Positions 37,216 through 51,016 of a stretch of DNA of 64,000 nt are shown here, in pieces. The DNA is from Tubulanus polymorphus. Lineage: Eukaryota; Animalia; Nemertea. How positions within the stretch are numbered: position 1 is the stretch's first letter; the number at the start of each line of letters is the position of its first letter. The notes under the pieces were generated by a model. It searched no databases, had not been told where the DNA came from, and saw only the letters and a program-made list of their open reading frames with translations. The translations under genes and the position numbers were made by a program. The stretch is taken from positions 186,001 to 250,000 of the forward strand of contig NC_134034.1 of NCBI RefSeq assembly GCF_964204645.1, in the 5' to 3' direction.

Positions 37216-39045
37216 TTCAAATGTTTTTTTCCTAGGGGAGATTTGAGTATTGACAGTCGGACTAGAGTTCGGCAGCAAATAAAACCGATATGCTGATTTA
37301 GATGTATCGATTTATTTAACCGTTTGGTATATAATTCAGAGAACCATTTTGAAGTGAAAGCGCGTGTGAGTGAGTGTGATGTACACTCCGGTACCGGAGA
37401 GTCGTTACCCTCGGGGCTACTCTGTCACTGGTATCCGCTACTTGTCGGTGAGGAGGAGAGAGATTGATAATTCAATTTTCGGCGCCCTTTACATGGTGGA
37501 AATAGTGTCGACAATTTGAAAGCTAATCGATGCATTCTATAAGTGATGCATGTATACGCGTGGGTCTGAAGTATTAAGAGTTCATTCACACTTGAATTGA
37601 AGAGTAATTCATTTCCTATTGATTTTTTACATCTTGAATCCCATTTCACCGTCTGTTTAATATGCAAGAGTCGTCTGCTCTCGATGTGTGTCACCTGGTA
37701 CCGAGAGACTGAGAGTGAGAGAGTGAGAATGAGAATGAGAGTGAGTGTGAGAATGAGTGTGAGAATGAGTGTGTGAGTGTGAGAGTAAGAGTGAGTGTGA
37801 GAGTGAGGGCGTGAGAACGAGAATGAGATAGTGAGAGTGAGAGTGAGAGTGAGAGTGATGTCTATTATCAATGCGCATCTTGTACTCAACGATTTCCAAA
37901 TCTCATCTCAGTACCGGATAGCCAGGTGTACAGTTTGAAAACTGAGGGGCGGTTTGATAAACTGCTGTTACCTTTATTCCAAAGGTTAACTCAATTGATA
38001 ATGAATTGAGCTAGCCCCTTTGTCTAAGGAAATACCAGTTTATAAAACCGGTCCGAGGAGTGCAGGGGCTACAGGTGCTCATAAGTTGGTTAAAGATAAC
38101 TGGCGGATGATTGGAGCAACAAAGCAATTTTAATTGTCACTGTAGTCACACAGATTGTCGACACTGTCCCCGACACAGTGAAACTGTTACAGCAGATTGA
38201 TCTCAATTCGGTACCGACGGAGCCGCCCTAGTAGTAGGAATAGCCCTAGTATACACTCAGGTGTGGAGAACAGATGTTTTAAACTCACTACAATAGAACA
38301 TTTAACAGATTAAAAATGATGTTGGTTGTGTAGGTTGTGATCGGGTTGTGTAGGTTGTGATCGGGTTGTGTAGGTTATGAAGGTTGTGATCGGGTTGTGT
38401 CGGTTGTGATCGGGTTGTGTAGGTTGTGAAGGTTGTGATCGGGATGTGATCGGGTTGTGATCGGGTTGTGATCTGGTTGCGGAGGTATATCAGCTAATTG
38501 AGACGATGACATGTATTATATAGTATACTGTATCTGCCTAAAGTAAAGTGAATCATTGTTAATTATCGGATATCAGTGAATATTTTATATCTAATTGTTT
38601 CTGCTGGTGTAAATAGAGTGTAAATAAATAATGACCACACGATGTTGACTTAGAGAGCTCGGGGGTAAAATCAATAAGTTTGAATTGTGGTCATAGATCG
38701 GCGCATGCGTGTGTTTAACTGCTGATAATACTGTCATTAATATCTCAAACCTCTGATTCTATGGTGAACTTTCTCTGTAACTATTGTCACTATACGAGAT
38801 ATGATTACGAGCCGCGCCCAGTCACATAAAAAAACCTATCTAAACATTCCTTGTCAACTAAAATTACCTTTTGCCCTTTATATTTTTCAGTGCGTCCATC
38901 AAATGAGTCTCGGCTACAGTTGACGACGACACCTGGCGAGCATTTAGAAAACTTCCACATTCCATCAAACATACACCCTCAGATACATCCCTAGTGCCGC
39001 GTCATTTTTTTCATATCAAGTTTTAAAACTCACATATCTTAAAAC

Positions 39046-42000
39046 ATGCCCGGAATGTTTGCACGAAGGCGCAGTTTGATAATTAAAGTGGTCGTGTTGA
39101 TTCCTATGCTGTGGTTCGCGGCTGTGCTGGTATACTCATTCAGCGACCACACTATCGACCCAGCGCCCCCTGGCGGCGGACCGCGTAAAATTCCGCCGTT
39201 ACAACGCGAAGCGCGCGTGCAGAATATGGACCAAGCGGGTGAGGCGCCCCCTGGCGGTCACGCGGGTGGTAGTGATAGCGAGAAAGATATAGGTATCAAA
39301 GTGGATAGCTTTTTAGGGCAGCATTTAGGGCGTAATGGACTGCAGGGTTTGCGTAAACAACAGATCGGGGATAGGGTTGCCAGGAATATACCGGTATTCC
39401 TGGGTCAACCGTTAAACGGGAATATAATTCAGAACATTCCCGATAACAAGGACCAGCAGCAGCAGCAGGAGGAGAAGATGTTTATAAATAAACCTGTTAA
39501 AATCGATGAATCGAAGAAAACAACCAGAAACTTAAGCGCTCCAGGTAAGACAAAGAATCATATAAATACCCTTCTAGAAAGGTGGCAGGAAACATGGCTG
39601 CCTCCATAGACCATTCTGGAAGACATGTCAGAAAACACGGCTGCCTCCATAGACCATTCTGGAAGACATGTCAGAAAACATGGCTGCCTCCATAGACCAT
39701 TCTGGAAGACATGTCAGAAAACATGGCTGCCTCCATAGACCATTCTGGAAGACATGTCAGAAAACATGGCTGCCTCCATAGACCATTCTGGAAGACATGT
39801 CAGAAAACATGGCTGCCTCCATAGACCATTCTGGAAGACATGTCAGAAAACATGGCTGCCTCCATAGACCATTCTGGAAGACATGTCAGAAAACATGGCT
39901 GCCTCCATAGACCATTCTCAAAAACATGTCAGAAAACATGGCTGCCTCAATAGACCATTCTGGAAAGCATCAGAAAGTATGACAGTCTCAGCAACCGCCA
40001 TAGATTCTTCCAGAAAACACGACAAACACTCTCAATTGTGAACTTTGTTCGCGATGATGGCATTTTGTTCTGACCTTTTAAACATTAATCCATATTTCTA
40101 TGTTTATTCGTGTTTTCTGCACTATTTATTTTCGCCGCAGGTGAAATGGGAAAACCGGTCGTCATTGACAAGGAGAAGTTAAACCCGACTGAACGCGCTA
40201 GATTCGATCGATTGTGGAAGGAGAATGCGTTTAACGGTTACGCCAGTGAAATGATCTCTTTACATAGAAGTTTACCTGATGTGAGAGATAGAGAGTGAGT
40301 ATGAAGTGTCTACCAGTCGTCGTGCTCGGGGGGGGGGGGGGGTCAATATGTGTGAGCGTCGCGGGTGTTTGAGATTTGACTGGATTCACAATCAAATTAA
40401 ACCCACACAACTGTGGAACTGGGTTCCGCAGAGTCAAATTAAACTCACACAACTGTGAAACTGGGTTCAGAGTCAAAGTAAACCCACACAACTGTGGAAC
40501 TGGGTTCAGAGTCAAATCAATCCCACACAACTGTGGAACTGGGTTCCGCAGAGTCAAACTAAACCCACACAACTGTGGAACTGGGTTCCGCAGAGTCAAA
40601 CTAAACCCACACAACTGTGGAACTGGGTTCCGCAGAGTCAAACTAAACCCACACAACTGTGGAACTGGATTCAGAGTCAAAGTAAACCCACACAACTGTG
40701 GAACTGGGTTCAGAGTCAAATCAATCCCACACAACTGTGGAACTGGGTTCCGCAGAGTCAAATTAAACTCACACAACTGTGGAACTGGGTTCAGAGTCAA
40801 ATCAATCCCACACAACTGTGGAACTGGGTTCAGAGTCAAATCAAACCCACACAACTGTGGAACTAGGTCCAGAGTCAAATCAATCCCACACAACTGTGGA
40901 ACTGGGTTCAGAGTCAAATCAATCCCACACAACTGTGGAACTGGGTACAGAGTCAAATCAATCCCACACAACTGTGGAACTGGGTTCCGCAGAGTCAAAC
41001 TAAACCCACACAACTGTGGAACTGGGTCAAGAGTCCACGCAACAACTAAAGAATTGTCGAACTGTGGAATTGTGGTATATTTGGAATATTGTAGCAGCAG
41101 CATGTCACCATCCTCCTCTAAACCTATAACCGTATGTAACATGTAACCGTGCGCATGCGCGCTAACTGACACCCTGAAGGTATCACGCGATTGCGAGACG
41201 CAGACGACTCGAGTTTGAATCGATAGAAATTTCCGTGATAAACAGAAATATGAAATATGAGTGATTTTTATCACGTATTCAATCAAATTACGGCTTGATT
41301 TACTGTCAGTTTTATTGATAATTCTTTTCATATTTTATAGATTTGAATTCGTCTATTTGAAATGTAACCGTCACAAAGACAAGGCCGCCAGTTATTTATA
41401 TATCATATTCAAAATTAGCTGCGAGGGGAATTTCATTAAGTATGAAATATTAGCTTCGTGTTTAGCACAATGTTGGAAATCGCGCCTTCGTTGTTGAATA
41501 AAAAATATTCTAGACAGAAATAAAGTATTTCTGGCATTCACGATTGTGGTTCGTGAAAAAAAAATTCATGTCGCATTTTCTGCGTCAATGTATGAGATCT
41601 TATCAAATGCGCCCCCTTCCTCCCTTCCCCAGCACCCCAGAGAGATAGGGAGGAATAAATCCTAATCTGAGCACCCTGAAGGAAATGCTCACCAGCGGAC
41701 CAGGACCCAGTTCGACAATCTCAGTCTGACCTGACCTGACCCTATAAAATACACTAGCAGCGAAAGATGGTAATTTCTAATAAAATCAGTACGCAGTATT
41801 CACCATCAGTCTCAGTATAACCGACACTCATCCTCGGTGTCAGTCACGTTTATTCTATTTTACAGATGCAGAGATATAAAATATCACGACAACCTTCCAG
41901 ATACAAGTGTTATTATCTGTTTCCACAATGAAGCTTGGTCTGCGTTATTGAGAACAGTACACAGCGTACTGGACAGGTCTCCTCCACATCTTATTAAAGA

Positions 42001-45000
42001 AATTCTACTCATCGACGATTATTCAAACATGGGTAAGTTTTATTGAACCCTCTGTCAGCTTCTAGTTGCGCAGTCGTGAATTAGGAGATCTTAAATCTTA
42101 AGACTGGTCTTAAGTTGTTAGATTGGCTATAGAACTGAGTTGGTCTTAGACTGGTCTTAAGTCTAAGCCCTGACTATGCAACTGGCCCCTGACGGTTGTA
42201 CAGTCATGGCTTAGACAGTCTAAGACCGGTCTTAGACCAACTGAGTTCTATAGCCAAACTAACAACCTAAGACCAGTCTTAAGGTTTAGGACGACCTTTG
42301 GACTTAAGTCACGAATTTGAAAGTGGGTTCTGAACTAAGATGGTCTTAAACCTGTCTGATTAAGCCATGAGTGTGTGCAACTGATTCAAAATCAACAGAG
42401 ATCCATGAAATGAATGGTTTGTAAACATCTGGACACGTTGAGACGAGACGACTGTTTAACACGTTCCAGAGTACCTGGAGTCGTCCCGCCTAGCGAGTGT
42501 ACAGTCCGCACGGTCCGCACGGTCCACACGGCCGGTAGGATCCACACTACTGTATTAACCCTATTTCTTCATAGCTATTTCAGAATTCCAATTGATTTTT
42601 TAGAACATTTAAAATCGCCGTTAGACGAATACGTAGCTAAACTGGGCAAAGTGAAAGTAGTGCGTGCGAAACGACGTGAAGGATTAATACGCGCTCGGTT
42701 ACTCGGTGCTTCGGTCGCTACAGGGACGGTTCTCACTTATCTAGACTCGCATTGCGAATGCGCAGAAGGTACGACAGAATTTTCGTCATAATTTTAAACA
42801 TTCGATTTTCTGGAGATTAATTTTATCGTCATGAAATTGTTGGAAAAATTCTTTTAAAATGAATGCTGGGTAATGACTGGTTATGAGCGGGTCTACACAA
42901 TGTCCCAAATGTTTTAGAAGTAAATTCCAATTCTTGTTCTTGAACAATTTTTCCCCCAAAATTTCTACTGCTGTACAAAACTCTAAACATCTTTTAGTCG
43001 TCGTTCCTTAATGAGTAAAACTAGTCTCGAAGCTTTAAAGCTTATAGTGAAATTCCTGAGCTTAGATTTAGGCCTTAAACCCAAACCTGGCTACTTTTAT
43101 CCAATATCCCTCCTAGACCCAGTTCGGAATTAAACCCACATCATTGTGAGACCGCCTGCGGTCCTGATCTCGTGGTTTCCTGAGAGGACGATGATACTAG
43201 ATGCAATGAATGAAATACAGATGGTCTCCGCACAGTGTTTTAAATGGTTGACTGATTTTCAGGCTGGTTAGAACCGATGTTAGATCGGATAGCGATCAGT
43301 AAGTCTAATGTAGTATGTCCGGTAATCGATGTCCTCGATGACGACACTTTAAAGTTCAACTACGCCAGCGCCAAACACACGAGTGTCGGCGGTTTCGACT
43401 GGAATCTACAGTTCAACTGGCACTCTATTCCCGACCACGAAATGCGCCGTCGGCCGACAGAGGTCGCTCCGCTAAGGTAGCGTTAAGTGTTTAGTACATG
43501 TTTAGTTTGTGCTTGCGACCCGTGATTTCGAGTGAGACAGAATTTGAGACCGATTTTTCTTCTAATCGCTTTTTGATTTTTCATTGTTTGGTGGTTGTTC
43601 ATTCATATTCATTACACGGTTGTACTTCCCTTGAATGAAGACCTTGATCTGTGGAAAAAATGGCTGCCTTTATGAATTACCAAATGACAGGTCTGATGGA
43701 TATGCAGATTGTAGCTTTAATGGACATTCAGATTGTTCCTCTGATGGACATCCAGATTGTTCCTCTGATGGACATCCAGATTGTTACTCTGATGGACATC
43801 CAGATTGTACCTCTGATGGACATCCAGATTGTACCTCTGATGGACATCCAGATTGTACCATTGATGGACACATCCTGTAATGTAGGCAGCCATGTTTTCT
43901 GTAGATTTTCTGTAGGTTTCCCTTTATATAAACCTCACTCATTGTTATTTCACATCTGTTTCACTTCTTCAAATCGTTTCATCTATAGCATGAATGCATG
44001 TTGTACACACTGTATATCAGTATATTGTCATCTTTTACGTTTTGCATGCCTACAAAATGTCTTTAAGTAAAACTCAATTCTACTTCTGTTTATATTTACT
44101 TGTGGGATGTCCTTATATTGTGGGACATCTATGTATTGTGGGACATCTTTATATTGTGGGACATCTATGTATTCGTTACTAATGTTGGTAGTTGGTGTCT
44201 AATGAGTTGCTCCTTTTCTCTCCCAATTCAGCATCTGTTCATCCTGTTGATATTGGAACTCATCACGCTCCACCTGATAGTTTCACCCCTCTCACGATGT
44301 GGTAGTTGGGCCTCGACGGACAACCAAAAATCATGAAATCTTTCACAAAATTCTCCATTTCTTCTTCACCTCCAGTTCCTTATATGTTTCCCTAAAAATC
44401 TCGATTTCCTAGAATACAAGAAGTGAAGGCTTTTCTTTACGTTCCCGGATACATTTAATGATATTCTTCTATCCAGACTCTGTCCCACAGGTGGCGTGGC
44501 TGTGTCTACTGTTTCACTGCATCCTCCCTCGACAGGGGGCGTGTCTGTCTCTCCTGCCTCAGTGCATCCTCCCTCGACAGGGGGCGTGTCTGTCTCTATC
44601 GTTGTTGGGTTTACGGTGCAATCTATCCTCTGTTCACAGACGACATTTAATACAGACGTTATCGACTTGATGAGTCGCTTGCCAGTGCCGCTTTCGTATT
44701 GTTGATCGGATGGCGCGAGAGTTTTCCGCTCAGAGACGACTTGATTATTGGTGGATTTTTTTTAGAAATGGCGGTATTTTATTCATTATTGATTTCAGTC
44801 CATGTGTCGTGATATTTTAGCTTCCATGCAGCCATGTAGTTGTTAGATGCTACACTCATCCCGTAGAGTTAGAAACAAGGTTTTTGTTCAGGGAATTTAG
44901 AATTTTTCGCTTTTCTCCTAATAACAGTTGTATTCCAGGTTCAGCTTTTACGATTTGTCGATGTCAACACAACAAAAACTTCATTTAAAACAGAAAAAAC

Positions 45001-48000
45001 ATTTTGATTAAATCTCAGAGAGGGAACTCGGTTTAGGGTCAGTAACTCGAAAGTTGATTAAAGTTTGTGGCCGTTACAGCCGTTAAAAATTCAAAATTCA
45101 TTGTAGCAATTCTAAATGTCATCTTGCCAGAATTGACCCACTTGGACCAGTTGCATAGAGTCGTGATGATCTTGAAGATTGCTATATTTGTCATAGATTG
45201 GTCCACGCAATGACTGTGCAACCGGCCCCTGATAAGATTTAACCAATTTCCGAGTAACACTGATCCCTGTTTAGAATTGTTTCATTCTAAGATTTTTAAT
45301 TTTCGTCGTTCGAGCTCATTGTTTATGGTTTTAAGGTGGCGGTGTTTTTTTGTAAACAATTCCATAAACACAGATATCATCAAACCACAAACACATAAAC
45401 ACCTGGGGCCACAGGGCAAACACTCAGCGTCTGTAACGTGTATAGAGAGAATTCTAAACAGTTGAGATTGATGAATATTTACAGGGTGGCTGGAACCACT
45501 TTTAGATCCAATGTCGAACAGTACAAGCGCCGTTACAGCCCCGATTATCAACACGATAAGTGACGACACTTTCGCGTTTATCGGAGGTGCTTTCTATAAC
45601 AATATTGTCGGCGGGTTTCACATACATACCATGCAGTTTGACTGGGTTACCATGCAGTCTATTGAGAAGACTCGACGCGCTGAACTCGGTCTGCAGCCGT
45701 TTAGACCGATTAGGTGAGAGATACAGAGAGATATATCTATAGGTGTATCGGTCTGACTAACGGTATTAGTTATTCTTAGGAATCGGACTTCTCTTCGGCA
45801 TGATCTATACCGGGTTCAGTTCCACAGTTTGGGTCCGATTAGATTTAGGTCCTAGAGACTCAGATTCAACTAACATTTAATCCCTTTATTCCTAAACACG
45901 GCTTAAATATCGCGGACATTCTTTACACCTAAACCTCGCTTGTTATAGATGACACCTTGAAACACAAACATTAGGGATCGCCACAGCAGTGAGGGGAGTT
46001 CATCGAACTCCAGTGCCTGTTCTAGTCGCTAGGGGTCACCAGAGTTGTGAAAGGATGAGCAATGACCTGTAATTCAGACCCAGGACCTCCTGCTCCTGGG
46101 GTCTGGGATTCCCCTGCTCCTGTAACAGCGCCATCTATGATCGGATAACACTTTAAAATGTTACAGGCTGGTTGGAACCTCTTCTCGATCGAATCGCTAG
46201 AAACTGGACGACTTCCGTCTGTCCGGTTATTGACGTCATAGATATGGAAAACTTACGGTTCGCGTACTCCGGGGCGAAGTTCACTCAAAAGGGAATATTC
46301 AGACTCTCTGATATGATATTTAATTGGTCACCGTTAACGCAACATGATCGCTCTTACATGAAAGCGTTTACAGACCCGATAAGGTAGGCCCCATAACCTA
46401 GTCTCCTAGCTGTGCGTGATTACACACTTTCTTACCTAACCCCATATATATTATTCACAAAGCTAATTATTGATTAACCGCTTCAGTATTTAGCTGACAT
46501 AAAACAATAAATGACTACAGACTTAATTAAATAACTTTCTCATTCTCAATAACATCAACAAACTTGATTTATTTTCATTAAACGAACGATTAGTGATTAA
46601 CTCAATAACAAAAAACTAATCATTTCTCTAACTAACTTCACCACACTTTATCTGCCGTCATAATGACCGGTTGTTAATGGCAACCAGTATTTTCATGAAT
46701 AATTCTATCAAATGCTTTGTGAAACTCAGTGCTGTTTTTGCAGTTTGTGGCCGCTAGAGGCGAGAGTGTTCGCCACCATCGCTTCCCCTAACGGTCATGA
46801 ACTGCACTTATCTTTGCTATATACATGGAGTAGAGGTTAGGAAAGAAAGTTGTGAGTTTTTCACGACGGCATTCAACCACTCTAAATGGAGATTCGGGCT
46901 TCACGAAAATTCCAGTCCTTCCTGATTAAATAACACCTCGGTGTATAGATACCTCAATAACACCGGCCATCTTGGATATGGCTATTGCACGGACCCAACC
47001 CGAGTCACTCTAATCCCCGGGGATCCACCACTACAATGACCAGGTACAAATACCTGGTTTATCACGATACATATAACCTATAACCAACCTACTGGGACCT
47101 GCAACATCTCACAACACATTTCAATTATTCCCAATTCGCGCTCTCTATAGTTTGACCTCTGCTGAATCCATGGCCCCTTCTTGTTACGCCCTCACCCTGA
47201 TTACCCTTCACATTTCTTCCTAAGCCTAGCGTCGATCGGATTCTCATCTATGTTTACCGCTAGGTATCGCTTCGCACGCCATCTCCTTATCAACCGGTTT
47301 TCCCGTGACGTAGACAACGCTCTTTCCCTCATTGATAACGAGGGTTCTATGAGTAGGTGGCGCTTGTAGACGGTGGAAGGTTTTTTCTTCATATTCATGT
47401 TTTCATTTCATCTGTCGCTTCCTTGTCTCTGTTTGCAAAATAATTAATTCAAAATCGCTAATTACAATTAACTAATTATCATAATCATAATTGACTTATT
47501 ATCATAATTTCATGTAGATATATCATATTCTAATATATCATAATTCAAATACGTATCAATCTAATTCAATATTAATTTCACGTATATTTAGATTAACTAA
47601 GTACTGAATGAATGTATTGAGAATGTAGTCACAGTCTTTATGTGGGTCATATATAAACAACCCACAATATCAACGACGCTTATAATAGATTGCAAATATC
47701 CACCAATCATCACGTATTTGATTAAATATTTTCAAATAAAGAACGATAAAGAGAGATCTTTAGTGAAGCATTCTATCTAAAACATCGTCACTGAATTCTA
47801 TCACAAACATCAGTGAAACTGGATTTTCTGATTTTTACGGGTTGTTCAATGATACTGTGGGTTGTTTTATATAACTAGCGTCGTCTTGAACATGTAATAA
47901 ATTGTAAATTAAGACGATATTTTGTGGTATTCTGTTAATCAGGTCTCCGACAATGGCGGGCGGATTATTCGCCATTCATCGGCAGTATTTCGAGTATCTC

Positions 48001-50621
48001 GGTACATACGACCCCGGTATGGACATCTGGGGCGGTGAAAATCTAGAGTTATCATTCAAGGTAAATAAATTAATATACAACAAAATCGAAAACTTCCTCC
48101 GTTCCTCGCGGAATGTTCCCTAAGAGAACAGTGTTTATATATATGTGAATATGTTTGTTGTAGATCTGGATGTGCGGCGGTACATTAGAGATCATTCCCT
48201 GTTCACATGTGGGGCATATATTTCGTAAAAGAAGTCCGTACTCGTGGGGCACCGGGGGTAACGTCGTGAAAAAGAATTCCGTCCGAGTCGCCGAGGTCTG
48301 GTTGGACGACTATAAAAAGTATTACTACGAACGTTTTAATAATGATTTGGTAAGTTTTTTCAGAGATCAGAGCAAAGAATCAGTTTTATAGGAATTACTC
48401 CATTCTGGAATCAGTTGAACAGTCGTGGTTTAATTTCGAAGGTGATTGATTATAAATCCATGTAGGGACTGGTTTTAAGTTGTTACATTGATTATAGACC
48501 TAAAATCTGCTTAGACTTGTCTTTGAAAAAGCCATGATTGTTCACCTGGTCAACACACTTATACCAGAATAAGAAAGTTTTAAGTCTGAAGCACGTTGGT
48601 TGTTCTGCAGTGTGTTTGTGTTTTTAGGGTGATTACGGCGATGTTTCAGCACGACGAGAATTGAGGAAACGTCTAAAGTGTAAAACATTTGATTGGTACG
48701 TGAAGAACGTATACCCGGATCTATTCGTACCAGGAGAGTCGATAGCTTCCGGCGAGGTGAGTAATACTAGCGACACCTAGCGGACCATCGTATTCTATTC
48801 TATTACTGGCGTCACCTAGCGGACCTTCGTATACGACTTCTGAGTTCACACTAACGCCGCCTAGTGGATCCTATATAAACTATTGTGATGTGTTTATTTA
48901 CAGATCAGAAGTGGTGAAACGGCTCAGTGTTTGGATGCGTCAGTCGATCACCCGGGTTCTACTCCACTGAAACTGTGGCCTTGTCATAGACAGGGCGGTA
49001 ATCAGGTACACGGTAACCAAGTATGTGTCGTTGTTTTCTAAGGCTAAAATCTGGAAACAGGAATATTAGACCCTCTCTACAAAGATGTCCGCCTCCTTAA
49101 AATACACCATGACGTCATTGGCCTCCGATGAGCTATTTGCATACTGTTTCGTAAAACGATTCTGTGACGTCATTGGGTGATTGATAGAGGCGGCCATCTT
49201 TACGCAAAACGGTCTAAACTATACATCACATCTAGAAGGAGAACATATCCCCACTTGCCAGGGGTTAGTTTCGTTCAGTGCGGCACGTGCGAGGTTACTG
49301 CGGTAAGTGGGGATACGGTGGAACACTATAACCCGTACTTCTCGGTAAGGACTATTTCTCGGTATTTCTAAAAGGACGAGTAGCCTATAATAGATAGATA
49401 TTTTACTCAATTCTTGGTGATTGAATTTTGATGCATGTTATTTTTAGCCTTAGAAACTTCGCACACCTTTTTATTTTCGTTTCTACTAGAATCCTAGTCC
49501 ATGCTAGACTAGTACAAATCTATGCTACAATGGGGAAGTGACTAGTCACCACTTATAGTGTCATACTAGTTCTATTTCTAGTCTGGTACTTTGCAGGCCT
49601 AAAAGTATGGCGTCTAACCCTAGGCAACGTCATAACTTAGCATGACATATGTCCTCTTCTTCGCGTCCGTTATACAGTCGAAAACATACATTCCAAACAT
49701 TTATACCTATTTTACAGTTTTACCAAAATGGCTGCTAATGAAAATATGGCTGACACGTGTTTTTATTTTCAGTTTTGGTTGCTAAGTAAAAAGGGCGAAA
49801 TCAGACGTGACGACGGTTGCTATGACTACACTGGTTCCGGCGATGTCACGATATTCAGTTGCCATGGGCAACACGGTAATCAGGATTGGAGATATAGAGA
49901 GGTTAGTGGGTAACGATATTAACATGGGCCACACTCGTCGAGCAGTTGCAGCAGTTGCTGAAAAGTTGGTTGAAAATAACCCCCGGATAAATAACATAGT
50001 AACATAACTTATATTGTCACTATGACAACGATCTACCGATTAACTGTAACCAACTATTGAGCAACTGGTTCCCAGTCGATACTTAAATCCAAGAATGGTC
50101 TCTAATCTTAAGACTGGTCATATAAAATGGGTTATAGAATTAAGTCTAAGCTATGACTATGGAACCGGCTCCTGGTCCCTTGTCTTGACTAACACCGCCC
50201 CCTGGCGGGTTAACTGATTGAAAATTAAGAATCAATTGCTGAAACGGCATCTAGAATTCCCGTCAGTTCTATTTTAGAAATCTCGATTACAATACAACTT
50301 CACACATATAGAATCACAATGAATCTTAATCTAGTATTTGATAAATCGTGATCTGTCGCGGGGAATTTATTCACGTTGTTTGACAACCTAGAAATAGGCA
50401 TATAATGCCTCCCGTTGGTTGTAACCGATACGATCCGATACGATACGATACGATACGATATTGTTTCGTTCCAGGACAATCGTTTGTACCACACTTCGTC
50501 TGGAATGTGCCTCGAAATGAGCTCCGACCATAAAAAACTGCTCATGAAATCGTGCGACACTTCGAATCGATTACAGGTGTGGCTTTGGAAGAGAAAAACA
50601 CCAGATACTCACATCTCGTGA
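39046..50621 (+). CDS. GALNT: Polypeptide N-acetylgalactosaminyltransferase (GT27; pgant9/gly-5-like), ~669-674 aa; exons 39046-39544, 40141-40294, 41866-42032, 42604-42768, [43263-43476 | 45485-45713 | 46167-46383], 47943-48060, 48164-48349, 48628-48756, 48904-49005, 49773-49901, 50475-50621
   Basis: Type II signal anchor after RRR. GT-A motifs: [64 protein letters not shown]-terminal ricin-B lectin (CLD...[10 protein letters not shown]). All junctions are GT-AG and in phase. Confidence 0.96.
39589..39965. repeat. 43-bp intronic minisatellite (AAAACATGGCTGCCTCCATAGACCATTCTGGAAGACATGTCAG), ~9 copies
   Basis: Near-identical units. Confidence 0.95.
40395..41035. repeat. 39/42-bp satellite array in GALNT intron 2
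   Basis: About 16 units. Confidence 0.95.
43263..43476 (+). CDS. GALNT: GALNT alternative exon 5a (canonical)
   Basis: WLEPMLDRI...VVCPVIDV...[12 protein letters not shown]...APLR; 214 nt. Confidence 0.93.
43691..43872. repeat. 24-bp minisatellite (CTGATGGACATCCAGATTGTWCCT)
   Basis: About 7 units. Confidence 0.9.
45485..45713 (+). CDS. GALNT: GALNT alternative exon 5b (divergent)
   Basis: WLEPLLDPM...VTAPIINTI...[13 protein letters not shown]...RPIR; 229 nt; intact AG/GT and no stops. Confidence 0.85.
46167..46383 (+). CDS. GALNT: GALNT alternative exon 5c
   Basis: [12 protein letters not shown]...SVCPVIDVI...[13 protein letters not shown]...DPIR; 217 nt; intact AG/GT. Confidence 0.88.
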
Positions 50622-50943
50622 CCACCGTCCATCGATGACGTCATAGCTCCCGTGTAAATAATTCAAAAATAGACGGTTTAAATTTTAATGAGTTTGTGAA
50701 GAACTTCCGGCGGATGTTGGTCGTAACTGCTGCAGACGAACTTTAACGGATTTTGTTGCCGTTTAAAAATGCTGCTGATCGTCGGTCGTGACGTCATCAA
50801 ACATCTGCTGCTTAACGACGGAAAAAGCTGTAGATCACGTTTTATAGAAAGAGACACTATCGATTAGTGACGTCAGCGCCTTGGAGACGACTTTGTTCAA
50901 TTCAATAGGCTGTATACACAAGTATAGGCATAGTGTACATATC

Positions 50944-51016
50944 GGTCCTGTGGCCCAATGGATAAGGCATCTGACTACGAATCAGGGGATTCCAGGTTCG
51001 AGTCCTGGCAGGATCG
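50944..51016 (+). tRNA. tRNA-Arg-ACG: tRNA-Arg (anticodon ACG)
   Basis: 73-nt cloverleaf: acceptor GGTCCTG/CAGGATC, anticodon arm TCTGA-CTACGAA-TCAGG, T arm CCAGG-TTCGAGT-CCTGG. A T-run terminator lies at ~51024-51032. Confidence 0.96.

Noticed and set aside
49177-49371. Possible alternative lectin-alpha exon of GALNT
   Set aside because: No CLD/QxW-like ricin motifs in the frames examined.
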